Source of the DNA: Ptychomitrium polyphyllum
Taxonomy: Eukaryota
DNA length: 64,000 bases
Reading direction: 5' to 3'
Assembly: GCA_973851085.1 (NCBI GenBank)
Contig: OZ316776.1
Location: forward strand, 2,170,001-2,234,000
A model generated the notes under the pieces. That model was not told the origin of the DNA, searched no databases, and worked only from the letters and a program-made list of their open reading frames with translations. Shown piece by piece: positions 26,101 to 39,063 of the stretch. Position 1 is the stretch's first letter. Every line of letters begins with the position of its first letter. The translations under genes and the position numbers were made by a program.

Positions 26101-28142
26101 ATGCTCAATAAAGCTACATCTTCCTGTGTATCGAGGATTGCAGTCTTACTTATATGGTTTGGTTGACCAGAATCACAGATGGTTCTCAATGTAGAGTACA
26201 ATCAGCTGGATCCGCTGCTGCGTGCCTCTGGCCATTCAGATGGTGATGTCAACGATCCAACTACTGGATATTCTCCATATCCAGGAAACATTAACCAAGT
26301 AACAGCCTGCCTTTGATCGTCCTCACTGGGCTGGCATTTTTTGTGTTCATGTCAGTGGTTAACTTGGACAGCTGAGAGCTAGCTTGTTGATAATTACCTG
26401 TTAGAATGAACCAACTGCCAATATTGAGTTGGAAGAAGAAACATATTGTTTTGAAATTGAATATCATAGTGGGAATATGCATGCAGCTATTTCAAGCCCT
26501 CCCCTAAGCTCGGGCCTTTCCACTTGCATGTGCAGTTGGTGATGAAGATTGTACCATACATGGAAGAGCTTTCAAGGACAAAGGGAGCTATTGTTGAGTT
26601 TGTGAATCCCAAGTAAGTGACATCACTAATTTTGAAATGCATCAGTTTTCATCATGGGGCTGGCTGGATTATATAGTATTGAGAAATGTGATTGGAATCC
26701 TGCTTGCATGCTTGCGTGGTTGGAATGCTATGTCTAGCCACGTCTTTCAGCATTTTTATTTAATCTGACCCATCTACACTGAGAGGTATATATCTTGAAA
26801 TGTATTGAGATAGAAGTTTGGTTCCACAGGTACAAAGATGCAAGCAAGACATCGTTCAAATCGTCAACAAGGTTGGAATGTATGATGCAAGACTATCCCA
26901 GGACTCTTTCACCCTCGGCGAAAGTGGGGTTTTCTGTAAGTTCCGTTTTTGAAGCAGCGAGACTTGTGGATGCGACTGGTGTTTCAGTGTGGTTGTTTTG
27001 TCTCGACCCACGTGTTTTCTGGACTTTCTTAGATTGTATGATTGTTTATAGAGATTAATATGTTATTTTGATCTAGTCTATCATGTTAAGAGATCTGCTA
27101 TTTGCATGTTTTTAGGTATTACTTGAATATTTTCTTCCTTACGAAGCATCTAGTTCACAAGGATCGAGGCGCTCAGTCATGAATTGAGGTATTATCGTCA
27201 CTTGAATATGATGCGCAGGTACTGGATACCTGGTTGGCATATGCTCCCGTCAAGAACAATCCCGAGGACGCAGCCAAGGCAAGCGGTCCCACTTCTTTCA
27301 CATTTATATACTTTCTACTCTGTTTTCGTAACTCCTCACTTCTTGAAGTTGCTGGATCCTTGAACAGCCATGCTTATTATGATTAGTTGGGTTTCAGGTA
27401 CCTGAAGGGAACCCACAGCACAGTCCAACATCTGGAGAAATGGCTATCTACAAAGCTCATTGTCTCATGCTTCGAAAGGTAGTATTAAACCTGTTTCCTT
27501 CTTATTCCGTACAAAAAGTATTTTCCTTAACACAGTTAGTTTTAGTCCAATGGTGTTTGAGCAGGGCAACTAATCAAAACGATTGCTGTGAATAATGATC
27601 AGGCCGGAGCACAAATTGAAGACCCAAAGCAAGAGATATTCAATGGACAGACGGTTGAAGTGTGGCCCCGAGTTATTTGGAGTCCTAAATGGGCTCTGAC
27701 CTTCACAGATATCTGCAAGAAGCTGAGTGGACATTTACAAATTTCACAAAGATCTACTCTTGTTCTTGACGGTGCACATATCTTACTGGAGAATGTCTTA
27801 GTAGACGGCACTCTTGTCCTCCATAGTATTCCAGAGTCCGAGGTGAGAACGAAAAGGCTTACTGCTTAACCACTTCAACGATGCAGGTTTGTGAATGCTA
27901 TCACTTGCCGTGCATTTGTTTCAGGGTGCCTGATTCAAGGGCTTCGTGTGTGTTGATTGCAGGCAAAACTCTCCAATGTACGGGTCCAGAACAGGGGATG
28001 GATTTTCAAATCTTTGGATTACAAAGACACCACGCATCCAGAAGTGACTAGGATCCGTGGCTTTGAACTTGAAAAGCTCGAGCAGTGTTCTGTAGCTTGT
28101 CATCAGCCTGGTTTATGTTTGATACAGAACGTCTCATTGTAG
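23119..28142 (+). CDS. USP: UDP-sugar pyrophosphorylase (USP), multi-exon, one GC-AG intron
   Basis: Exons encode [104 protein letters not shown] and [21 protein letters not shown] donor AAG|GCAAGC at 27279. Confidence 0.95.
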
Positions 28143-28565
28143 TAGTATTAAATGCATGTCATATTGTTAAGACAGACCAATAACTTAGTAAACACTCCAA
28201 TCTGCCAACAATCAGTTCAAGTACACATACAGCAGCGTGAAAGCAACCGTGGATGCTGCACAGTGGCAATAAACGTGTGCACTTTAAAACTGATAGACAC
28301 GTTTGCACTCTACATGGAGTCTCTCTCTCCCAGCCAACCAGATTGAAAGGACAAAACTTTTAGGCAGTCATACTGTGTTATCATGGTGCCAGGCCACCAA
28401 ATTTGTTCGGAAGATTGCAGTTTACCATGACCAGGAAATGACTATGTTAGCAAGCTGTAATTGAGAAGAACCACTCAATCCTGTGTACATTGCTGTAATG
28501 AAGTACTCTGACTTCGAAGGGGTTGAACTACAACTAAGTTATACATGTATGCTACAGAATTGTTA

Positions 28566-30325
28566 TTATAGTAATTTATGTCTTCTCCACCACATCCACT
28601 GTGAACGACGACATGACAAAGGAACACGCCATTGCTTGACACTGTTGGACCTGGTATCCTGGTTACTGGGTACCAGCCCATTGTATGAACGCCAGTCATC
28701 AAGTGCAAGTTGGAGGTCCTTGAGTTTGTTGCTCAAGCCTCCTTTACAACAGTTGGCGTGAATGGTCACGACCCGTTTCAAGTCCTTACTCATCTGCACA
28801 CAACCAAGACAGCACACGTTTTCTGGTATTCAAAGTTTACCTCCAACTAATGTCAAAAACACAGTTATCTTCTACACGGCTAAAGTCACAAGTACGATTT
28901 TTAGGTTTTGGTGTCTGTTGTTCCGCATTATACTCATTGAACAGCTTCTAAGTGGCATTATTACAACCACCGAGTGATAAAAGCTAAGAGTGACCCAGTG
29001 AAGAGGAGGGCTAGTTGTCTCATACCTGACAAAAACCTGAGAAGTACAGAGTTTCTAGAAACCGGATCTTGACTCCCAAACGCCCAAAGCCCTTCTCTTG
29101 CAGCACAACACTCAACACGTCTTGGTCATGTTTTCCAGGGACCCTTAATCTGGCAGCGTACCAATACCTATACATTGCAATGGTATGTGTGTTGGACCGG
29201 ACGTAGATAAAGCCTCCGTTTGGTGCATTTATTCCCACATCAAAAGGCCCGCCTCTGTACTTATCACATGCAATTTGAAAATCGCTGTCTTCGGCAAAAT
29301 TTGCAAAGGGGTCACGGAACCACAGAATATCTGCGTCCTGTAGAACAACACAATGTGCGACGTCAAGCCACCAACAAAAAGCACAGCTTTTCATGTGAGC
29401 TCATAATAACACTACTGAAAACACTTCTATTTAAGTCATATGAACTTAAGCATCTAAGCTACTTTTGTGTAAATATCATTTCGGTTCAATCTTGAACCAG
29501 ATAGAGGATGGAAACATTTCACATGTCGCAATAAGACTTACACCAGAAGTGCGTTGACACTTACATGACACTTATTTTGATAGTTCAATAGTGCTCTTCA
29601 ACTGCTTAATAATCTTATGCTAACTCTCAAATATCTTCAGTTGACCAGGTAGAATGGAGGAGATGGATTAACTGACCGAGAAGACAAAGCTGTACCCCAT
29701 CTCTAGAACGTCCCCCAAGAACTTGATCCTCCTCCACATCATCTTCAAGTAATCCTCACTCATGAAACTCTTCTCCCCTGCGAAATCAACCCCCTCTGTC
29801 TCTAATCTGAAGCAGTAGGGGTGCAGCTGTAAGCACCGCTCATGCGCCCTCCGGTCCAGGGTGACAATCACCAAGTGGTCGAGCAGATGCGCAATGTTCT
29901 TTCCCCTCCGGAAGCTCAGCAAGAAGAGGTCAATCATGGTGCCCTTTGCTGCCCATGCCTCGTTGAGCGTTGTGATGATGACGGTCTTATTTGGCATTGC
30001 CGCTTGAGATAAAATGAATTGCAACTCCTTAATATGCTCCCTTGCTATCTGGTAGATAAGAAATACATTGAGCATGGAAGAAGGTTAGATACACTAATTT
30101 AAAGAAAAACCAAATTCAGAAAAATAGAAGGATCCGTTACAGAAGTATGATAAGAACGAGATCCGTTACCATATGTTCATGGGGTTGGAGAAGCGAGCTG
30201 CTGAGATTTGAAATCATATGCTGGACAGATGATTTTTGGTACAGAAAGAGATATGGCAGGCCCAGCAATGCCGATGCTACAGCTATAATGAGAATTTGGC
30301 TCACCCTCATTTTCAATGAAGCCAT
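28566..30325 (-). CDS. Nucleotide-diphospho-sugar transferase family protein (GT77-like, type II membrane), 4 exons
   Basis: N-terminal TM segment (ILIIAVASALLGLPYLFLY), then KTVIITTLNEAWA, YLKMMWRRIKFL, GYSFVFS|DADILWFRDPF (DxD motif), NGGFIYVRSN, HDQDVL, FSGFCQ and TIHANCC. Confidence 0.9.
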
Positions 30326-33082
30326 ATTTTCTCACTCTCCTTTCTGTGTGTGTTGATATTTGTAACTAAAACAATGTCGACTTCTTGAAAAATTCTCATT
30401 CACAAGTGTGCTAACTTAAAATCAAAAGTGAAACACTCAAGTGCACGATCCTCTGAATTATCTACTCATCTTTGCTAAGCTAGGACAAAAATATATCCAA
30501 ATCAAAAAGAGAAGAGGTTCTATTGAGCAGGTTCTTGAGTATTGTAGAGAACGTCAGACTCATATCTACTCTGATTCAGTTTCCCGAAGCGATTGCACTA
30601 GATAGCCTGATGAATTGTGAGTAATCAAGTTAAAGCTCGATTGCGCATTGCATACAAAACAATAAAAGAAAAGCGTAAAAAAATGTAGATCCTGCTTCAT
30701 TTTCAACAGAGGCTTCTTCCTCTAGAAACACAATGACGATACTCTCTAGGATTTTGGTAATTCATACCCGGTGGATGCACACATCCACCAGCACTGTTTT
30801 CTAACACTGGAAGAAAGTTCGTAATTCTGGCTTCATCTGGAATTGCCAACAAGCAATAGCTACAACGAATATTCACAATTCGCAACATAGGCTCCTCCTT
30901 TCACACAACCTCCTACACTGCAAACATAACGCCCTGCCAGAGATGCACTAAGCAATCCCAATCCACCCTCGCATGAGTCAAAATCTGCAGCAACACTTCC
31001 CCAATTGCAAGAAAAAACCCAAATTCTCAGAACCTCAGATCCACCTTTCTTCACTCTTTGTAACTAAACCCCTTCCTCTCATCAAATCAACTCCAGAGAC
31101 GCTCAACAACCAAGGTGGGCTCACTACAAGTAAGGTGGGCACTTAAGAGAAATTGAGCAACAAACTCGTGTGCTCACTTATTGACAGAAGACTTCCTTAG
31201 CCATCACTGGATAGCCATCATCATAACATCACGACCACTGACAAAAAATTAGAACCTTCTACTCGAAATTAAAAAACTCTTTCAGAGGATCAAAGATTGG
31301 ACTTTTAGGTGGTGGGCCGCCTACTCGCACCATCACCTACTCTCAGAGTGGCAAAACGCTTGCTCATCCGGGCACAGATCATAAATATTGGGCGAAACAA
31401 GGGACACTTCTTTGGATCCATACCGACTCAAACTTCTGAACACGGGGCACGTTTCCAGGCCCACGGGCGGAAAACTGGAGCCCAATTGGCCAGGTGGGGG
31501 TATGTGATAGGCAGATGCGCCGGGATTATTTTGTCTAGGCCATTCGAATAGCACTTGTGGAGTCTGATTTGAAATTTTGAAGTGCATGTGGCTGTCTTCG
31601 GAAAGTATTCCTACAGTTGTCGTGGAGAAAAATAAGTTGGTCTACCTACTCAAGTTAAGTCTAAACAAAGTTTAGACTAGCCATAAGTCACAGGTTGCTG
31701 TAGTTCAATCGTGGAAGGAAGTTTCTGCTTGTTGAGGGCTCACCTGGTAAATGGTATGGGTTGGGGGACCTTTATTCTGTTTGAGTCACTGCCATCATAT
31801 GACTTACTGTAAGATCGGACCCCTAAAACGGCTCAGTTCCCACTTCTGTACATAGAGAAACAAACACTCCGCTTCTAGTATGTTGATTTCTCCAACTTGA
31901 GTTGCAGCAATCCACCCCTCCTGAAACGGACGGAAATTGGGACTCCTCCCTTTATTTGATGATTTTAACAAGTGATGACGGACTCAGGATTTTGATGTTG
32001 CTCGGTGAACAGTGCTATGTGCATGGTTGAGGTACAGTACGGGGATTAGTTGGTGGAACCACGGCGTTGAGATTGTGGACAGCTACCGGCATGTTGGCTC
32101 ATTGCAAAGATGTAGGGTTGGTTGCACGTATGAGACGGATACATGACACTCACCACATCTGAGGCATGAACTCGTACTTCTAAAGCATCTTTCTGAAATA
32201 GTGCTTTCAATTTAGCCCACTTATTCATTTGATCATTTCCACAACCCTTGGACCACTGGGTAAGGTAGGTATGTGTCACAGTCAAAGAGCGAGCAGTTTT
32301 CAATTGAACATTGAAGTCTTGCCGGTCTGTATTTCCCTATCAAGATTACAATGAGTGTATGAGCCCATGTTTGTGTATTGATTTAGCAACAAAGTGCAAA
32401 GAACTTGTACGCGTATTTGACCCACCAACGTTACGTAGCTCAAAAATTGGAACTGATCATTTAGCCAGACACTGCAACGACTGTAAGCGCCCCTATGCAA
32501 ATGAAGGTTTCCCGTAATGTAGTTGAAATTTGGTATAAAACAAGGACAGAATAAGAGAGCCATATCGCCATCTTCTTTACAAGAGTGTACCTGGAGTTTC
32601 AGCAGCATTTTCCTGAGGACTACAACTGCCCTAGCAAAATTAAAGAAAAAAATGGAAGGCGCAATTCCGAACTCAGGTTACATGACCTTTGCTCGCATGT
32701 AACAATTTGAAAAGCTGAACACAAATTGGTGTTCACTGTAATAACACGAATCAACCCTTACACTTCTCTTTCTACAAATTTAAAAACAGTAACAACAGTT
32801 AATTTTCCCTGTCAATCTTACTTTTAAGACTCTCAACTCACATATTGTTACAATCCACCATCTATTCTGAAGCTCTACCTGATCATTGCGCTAATAAGAG
32901 GACCTTACATGAACAGGCTACTTCAGAACTGAAGAAATCTGCATGACTATGCCTGCTAACGCTTATTCGCATATTCATTGTAGGTCAAGGTCAAAATTTT
33001 GGTAATGCCCAAATGATATGATGAACTGAAAATTTGCTGGCAAAGACAATATCATTAAGGTCCAAATGCTGTCAGTGCTCTC

Positions 33083-33733
33083 CTAGACACTGGAACTTTC
33101 CTCGATCATCAGAAGGATAGCGGAAATCTCAGAACAATATTCCACCTGTAAAACCTCAAAGTTGTACAGGAAGCTCAAGGGCAAGATGATACACATGAGG
33201 TATAGAGAGATGAGCTTACCACCTAGAGAACGCCATAGATCACCCACAAAAGTTCGGAAGGCAAAGAGGTGAGCAACGACACAATTCTCGTGAGGAATGA
33301 GCTGAGCATCGATCCGTACAACTCCAGAACGCACCAAGGTGAGCACACACACAATCCCAGAAAGCACCGAGGTGACCACCCAGAGGATTAAATGACCGAG
33401 TTGCACGAACACAAGATTCAGAGGCTGGACCAGAACGCCGCAGAGGGAGCTCAAAATGCCTAGTGGGAGGTCCAGCAAAACGCGTGACCACAAGACCACT
33501 AGGTTCGCCACGATTTGCACGAGGCAGTACGCCACAATCACTGCGATGGCAACAGTTGAGGCCCAAGATATGAGAAACCGATACGTGTGCAGGACATCGG
33601 ATGCGACCTCGGATGCAAAGGCTAGGAACCCGTCATCTCCAGAGCTGCCATAGCTGAAGATGGAAAATTTGAAGTTCCATTGAAAGATCTGTAGTTCCCC
33701 CCCTGCATAAGTTTTGTTGCGCTTCTGTACCAT
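33083..33733 (-). CDS. Unidentified hydrophobic ORF (216 aa), possibly one exon of a larger or degenerate gene
   Basis: Long ATG-initiated ORF in moderately AT-rich DNA, with several TM-like stretches. A good acceptor (ttttgctag, near 32631) and short ORFs at 32608-32046 follow on the same strand. No family recognised. Confidence 0.35.
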   Translation of the reverse strand: MVQKRNKTYAGGELQIFQWNFKFSIFSYGSSGDDGFLAFASEVASDVLHTYRFLISWASTVAIAVIVAYCLVQIVANLVVLWSRVLLDLPLGILSSLCGVLVQPLNLVFVQLGHLILWVVTSVLSGIVCVLTLVRSGVVRIDAQLIPHENCVVAHLFAFRTFVGDLWRSLGGKLISLYLMCIILPLSFLYNFEVLQVEYCSEISAILLMIEESSSV

Positions 33734-34416
33734 TTCACGTGAGATTGCTGTTAGTTGCTGGGATCATACAACAACCATTCTAGTACACAGCGGGTGATCT
33801 GTAAAATACCACTGTCTGATTCCCTGCATCATATCCATTAGAAACATTAATTAACACTAAACAGTGAGGAAGAGCATTTGCTAGCGCCACTGTCGGTAAG
33901 AGTGTTGTTAAGACTTTCTGAGGCCCTAGTGGATTCGACCAGAGACATTTGAGAACGCCTGATAAGACGCAAAGGATGCACTGACAAGCACAGTTAAAAC
34001 ATCGCGTACACACAGATATGTAGCTGACAGCGTCTATATAAACCTGCAAGTGTCCCCTGCTCCAATTCTACTCAATTGCTATTTATTCCACAAGTTTGTG
34101 GCAGATCGTCGTTCTAAAAAAATCAGCGTGTCCTAGAATCACACGGTTTTTCTCCAGTCCAATTCAGCTGCTCAAGTGCAGATGTCTGTACAGATTCAGT
34201 CCAAGCTCTGCAAGGTTTTGCAGATTATTCCCAATCAGTTTCGTAGTTCACTAATCCTGGTTTGCGCTTTAGAACGATTTGATATCTGTAAAGTACCTTA
34301 GACTCATCATCCTCAGGATGAGCTTGTTCTGAGGAATCAGTAGTCAGTCGCAAGTTCCTCAAATTCGGAAATCCGATGAATTCTAGCATGAGTATCGATC
34401 TGGGCTGATTAAGTCC

Positions 34417-34487
34417 CACTTGCTTAAGTCCAACATGTTCACTTGATTGAGTCCAACATGCTCACTTGATTGAGTCCAACATGCTCA
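34417..34487. repeat. 23-bp tandem repeat, three copies (CACTTGATTGAGTCCAACATGCT)
   Basis: Units at 34417-34439 (3 mismatches to the others), 34440-34462 and 34463-34485 (identical). Confidence 0.85.
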
Positions 34488-36452
34488 ATATGCTCAGACT
34501 CCTTTGTTCGGTATTTAGAGATCCACTAGCTAGAGATACAGAGATCAGCTCCTAGTGTCATATAGCAAATTCGTCACCAATAAATTGTAAAGAAAGATAA
34601 AGAAAATTTGCAATGAAAAAAGTTGATGTTAGAGAATGTTCATTTTGGAAATAGTAAAATATTCTTGAAGGAAATTATGAAGCTGCTATGTATCTTATTG
34701 CTAGTCTTCAGATTTCACCAGCCGGATATTCTGCTAGTCAGTGACGTCGGTCCATAAGTTGGCTCCATAAGATTTAAAATATCTATTTTTATACTAAAAT
34801 GTGCGAAAATGATTTCCTCAAATTAAATTAGCAGTGTTTAGTTGAAAAGGTCATTGCATTTCCACCCTTTTACAGTATCGGTATTGTAGGTAGCCTCTCT
34901 TGCATATTAGTGATAGACTCTTAAATGCTATATTCGATGCAAACAAAAGAGTTCAAATTAAAGTTTCTTTAAAGCATTGCAACAATATGGCTCTATTTCT
35001 TGATTATAACAAGTTAAGCAATCCTTTAATACATATATTAATTCCACCTCCAACTTTGCGGTATTACAGAAAAACAATTTTAATTCTTTATGAAGTGCCT
35101 AGGTATAGATTAAAATTTCTTGAGAGGATGAACTAAGGTCAATCTACCAAGAGGAATTGGCACAAAAACTTCATTGACTTGGAAAGCTGTATGTCTAGAT
35201 TTATGCCTTTTTGTATAATGTAACCAGTCCTGTTAGTGGTGGCATGAAAACTCAATTATTTTATGTTTTCACAACTTTATAACCTGTACTTTTCTAAAAC
35301 TAGACTCAATTTTCGAACGTACTTTACAGTTGTTAATTTTAGGTCATTAATCTGAACAATTGATGGCATTGTCCTATTTCTGCCATTTCTGCACTGTATT
35401 CTTCAGACTCCGTATGATTTTCGTTCCTGCTATGCAACACAGCTTGAAGCAGAAGAAGTATTGCAAGTCAAAGAAGCCGTATCTTCGTCATCCTTAAAAA
35501 TCTGTCACATTTTGAAGACATGAAATGATCTCCAGGATGGGGGACTTCTCGGAAAATAAAGAATTGTGAGAATTGTTGACAACTTGCCAGCTTACTCCTT
35601 TCTTCCTCCGAAGTAAAAGGGAATGGTTCTCATCCATGCAAACCATTTCTCAACAAAACTTTTAAAGATGCTTCAATCCTCCGAGAATCCATACTCTCCT
35701 AATGTACATAGAGCTCAAATACCTGAGTGTTCACGCAAGATTCCAGACATGCCGCAAACAAACTACGAGAATGGAAGAAAATTTACATGTTGGAACCCAA
35801 ATTTTGTTCTATTGGGAGAGATTAAGAACAAGATGGGTAACATTCATCGCAATATAGGCAAAAAAAAACTCTCGATGGAAATACTGGTCATATGAAACTT
35901 TCAAATGATCTAGCACTTGAATTTTTACCTTTCCCCGCCAGGACCTCGTATTATATTCATAAAACGAGCATGTAAACACATATTGGCACTGGTTTTGGAC
36001 GTGGACTGCACGTTACATCAACTTCACTTCCAGATCCAAACAGTGCGGTTTCCTGCATGAGGTTTTGAATACGAGTGAATCAGTAAGAGCTTTTGACCAT
36101 TCCAATGGTTAGATCATCTTAGAAACACATTGCTGAATTCCAAGCGTTACATGATCCTAAACCATCAATCCAGTTAAATGATGAAAGTTAATACGCTGAT
36201 ACTCCACTTGGTTCAATATTTGACTTGATTCATAAGCTGATCCTCTACTGTATGGGACTCCGTGGAGTACATTACAAATTTCAATCCTTGACCGTTATGA
36301 GCATTTAATGTTGAAACTAGAAAATAGGAGATTAGTGTTTCCTTACATGGTCACCAGCAACTGTGGCAAAATTGGAGCGATGCCCTGAAGCACAAACGTC
36401 AGCAACATCCGGAGCTACTCGACTGTCATATCGTGATGAAATTGTATCCCTT

Positions 36453-37465
36453 TCATGCTGGAGTTTGCCCAAGATCAGAAAAGCAAATTTCCTTCAACCG
36501 GTTGGCAGCACCTTCATCCACGCCATACTGCAAAACGGCGGGATTCAGAACATCAATAAATGCATGCTCATCCAGAGACTGATCACAACCATTCTCACAA
36601 TACCGCTAGTAACAGTTGATTTCCTCGCATGTCCATTTTATCAAGATTTTGCAGGCAAAGACTGCGAAATTATGTTTCCCTCTATAGCTAACTTCAATCA
36701 AGGTACGCTTCCGACAATTTACCGCTACTTACAGCAGTACTCCAATCTGTGGTCTGTAATATAACCGTATTTAAACATGCTAGACATGAGTAGACAATGA
36801 AAGACATGCGAAGACATGGTAGGACCACTATAATAGTTTGAAACCCAGAAAACAGAGTCTGACAACATGACCCAATATAAAACCCTGAAACCTGCAGAAA
36901 ACTGCAAAACTCGATCGAAGAATCTCGACCCAAAACTATGATTCACCATATACACGTCCAGCCAGAGCACAATCACAAGGAACTAGTGGCTCAGTCCCAC
37001 ACGGGAAGAAAAATGTGTTCTGGCACACTCCAACAAGGGAAGAGGGTGATCACATGCTAATCTTTCAACCACTCACCTGAGTATTTGTCAGAAACCTTTT
37101 CTTCTCATGTAAGAACGAGCCAAAAGCTTCCTGTGAATGTGAAATGCAAAGGAGATGAATCCTCTCCACAACAACAAAAGACCGCATGAAACTCAGTCAA
37201 AACCGATACCACTCATGCAGATGACCTAATGATAATACGCACATCCTACAAAGAGGATTCTTGTCACCTTCTGGAGAATCCAGCAGGTGTGCTGGTGGGC
37301 GCGCGCCAACAAGGCCTGAATGGAGTCAGCGTCCTGGGCTTCACTGTACGTGATGAAATTCTCGCGCGCATACTGCGTATAGTAGCCGCGAGCGGCCAGC
37401 GGCAGCCGCTTGACGAGCTTGAGCACCTCCCTGTACGCCTGCTTCACCGCTCCTTCTCCGCCCAT
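36453..37465 (-). CDS. LYR-motif (complex 1 protein/LYRM9-like) small mitochondrial protein, 90 aa; exons 37465-37268 and 36527-36453
   Basis: MGGEGAVKQAYREVLKLVKRLPLAARGYYTQYARENFITY...HTCWILQK|YGVDEGAANRLKEICFSDLGQTPA*. Has the AYR variant of LYR with the downstream conserved F; phase-0 GT-AG intron. Confidence 0.8.
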
Positions 37466-39063
37466 GACTCTTAATCTCCACACACTACTGTCACGGCCGT
37501 CTGCGAATCTCCAGCAGCTTGGCTGCTCCGCAAAATGCAATGCTGCGTCGGCCTCTTCTTCGTCGTCGCCGCCCCATCCAACAGCACGGTCACCGGTGCG
37601 CTCGGCGGCTGGTGGTGGCCTACGACCGACATCCACCCTATGTCTGTGATATCATACTTAGTGTTCCGTAACATACTAGCGAGATGAACCTCAGTTTGCA
37701 CCACTTACAGTGTAGCCACGTGGCCAGGTATTCCAGAGGAAATGATGTTTAGCACTTTGAGAAGAAAAGTGGAGTATTATTCTAGCATTGTTGATCATGT
37801 AACAAGCTCATTCGGTCAAAGAATGTTATGTTGAGATTAGATATAACATAATATTTGTTGTAAAACTCTTGAACATTCTATGTGTTTAGCATGGATACAA
37901 AGAATGTTGTGGCTTGAATTTTTTAAGTAATTTATCTTTCTCAAATTTTTTCAAAAGGTAAAATGAAATTAGACATGCATGAACTTTTTCTAAACTTTAA
38001 ATAAAATGTTAGAAAGGTAAAAAAGTTCAAAATTCATTAAAAAGAAGGGAAATCTTTGTTTTTCAATATATAAACCTCTTTGTGCTTCTTTTGTGTTTAC
38101 AGAGTGAAATGTCAAATATATAAATAACATTTTGTACCTATTCTGCTTCATTTATATTAAAAAATAATTGGTATTTAATTTTTTTTTAGTAATTATAAAT
38201 TCTACTTGTATCTTTGATATAAAAAATTAAATTTTTGAAAATTTCTTGAATGGTAAGAAAATTTTCGTAGCCTAAAAAGGTTTTTTTAATAGTTTTCAAA
38301 ATCCTCAATAATTGACTAATTTATGTAGTATTATTCTAGAGGCATGTTGTGAAAATGTAAAAAATTAAAGCCTTTTTATTTGATGTAAACATATAATAAA
38401 TATGAATTGCTAAAATGATTTAACTGCCACCAAAACAACATGCATGTCCAAATATATTTCCCATAATTAATACTATATTTACATATGTTTATGGTTTTTG
38501 TATTACGAAGTGTGTCGAATACCTCTTATATCAATGAAGGTGGTTATTCCGGCTTAAGGGCAAGCTTATAGCCAACAGAAACGTCTTAAGATACAAGCAA
38601 TTATGCTAAGCACGCTTCAAAAAATTCATTGAAAGTTTTGCCATACATATAGCAAAGAGAATATTGAAGGATTTCTAATCAACTGCTTCAAGTTGAAGGT
38701 CGCTAATTTACACAAACAAAGAACAGAAATATAAAGTCTTACTACCAGAAGTCGCTCTTGACGGTCAAACGAGCAGGGCGTACTGTATCATTGTAAGCTG
38801 CAACGGTCTAATGATATGTTGAGTTCCTTTCGGTACATTATTTATGAATGCAACATCAGAACATGGTTTTTTGGAATCCTGAGTGGAAAGAACCCTAAGA
38901 GTGAATCACTATCACAGTGACAGAATTATTAGTGCTAGATTTAATATGATCTGTAAACTGCAGAAAGCCTGCTTTCTAAAATTACCTAATTGCTTCTGAT
39001 AATAAAAAGTCCGGGAGCTCATAATCACTAAAATTATGAACAAATCGTTGATTGTTCAACACT

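Noticed and set aside
34417..34487. 23-bp repeats as a CRISPR-like array
   Set aside because: The units are directly adjacent with no spacers, in a eukaryotic context.
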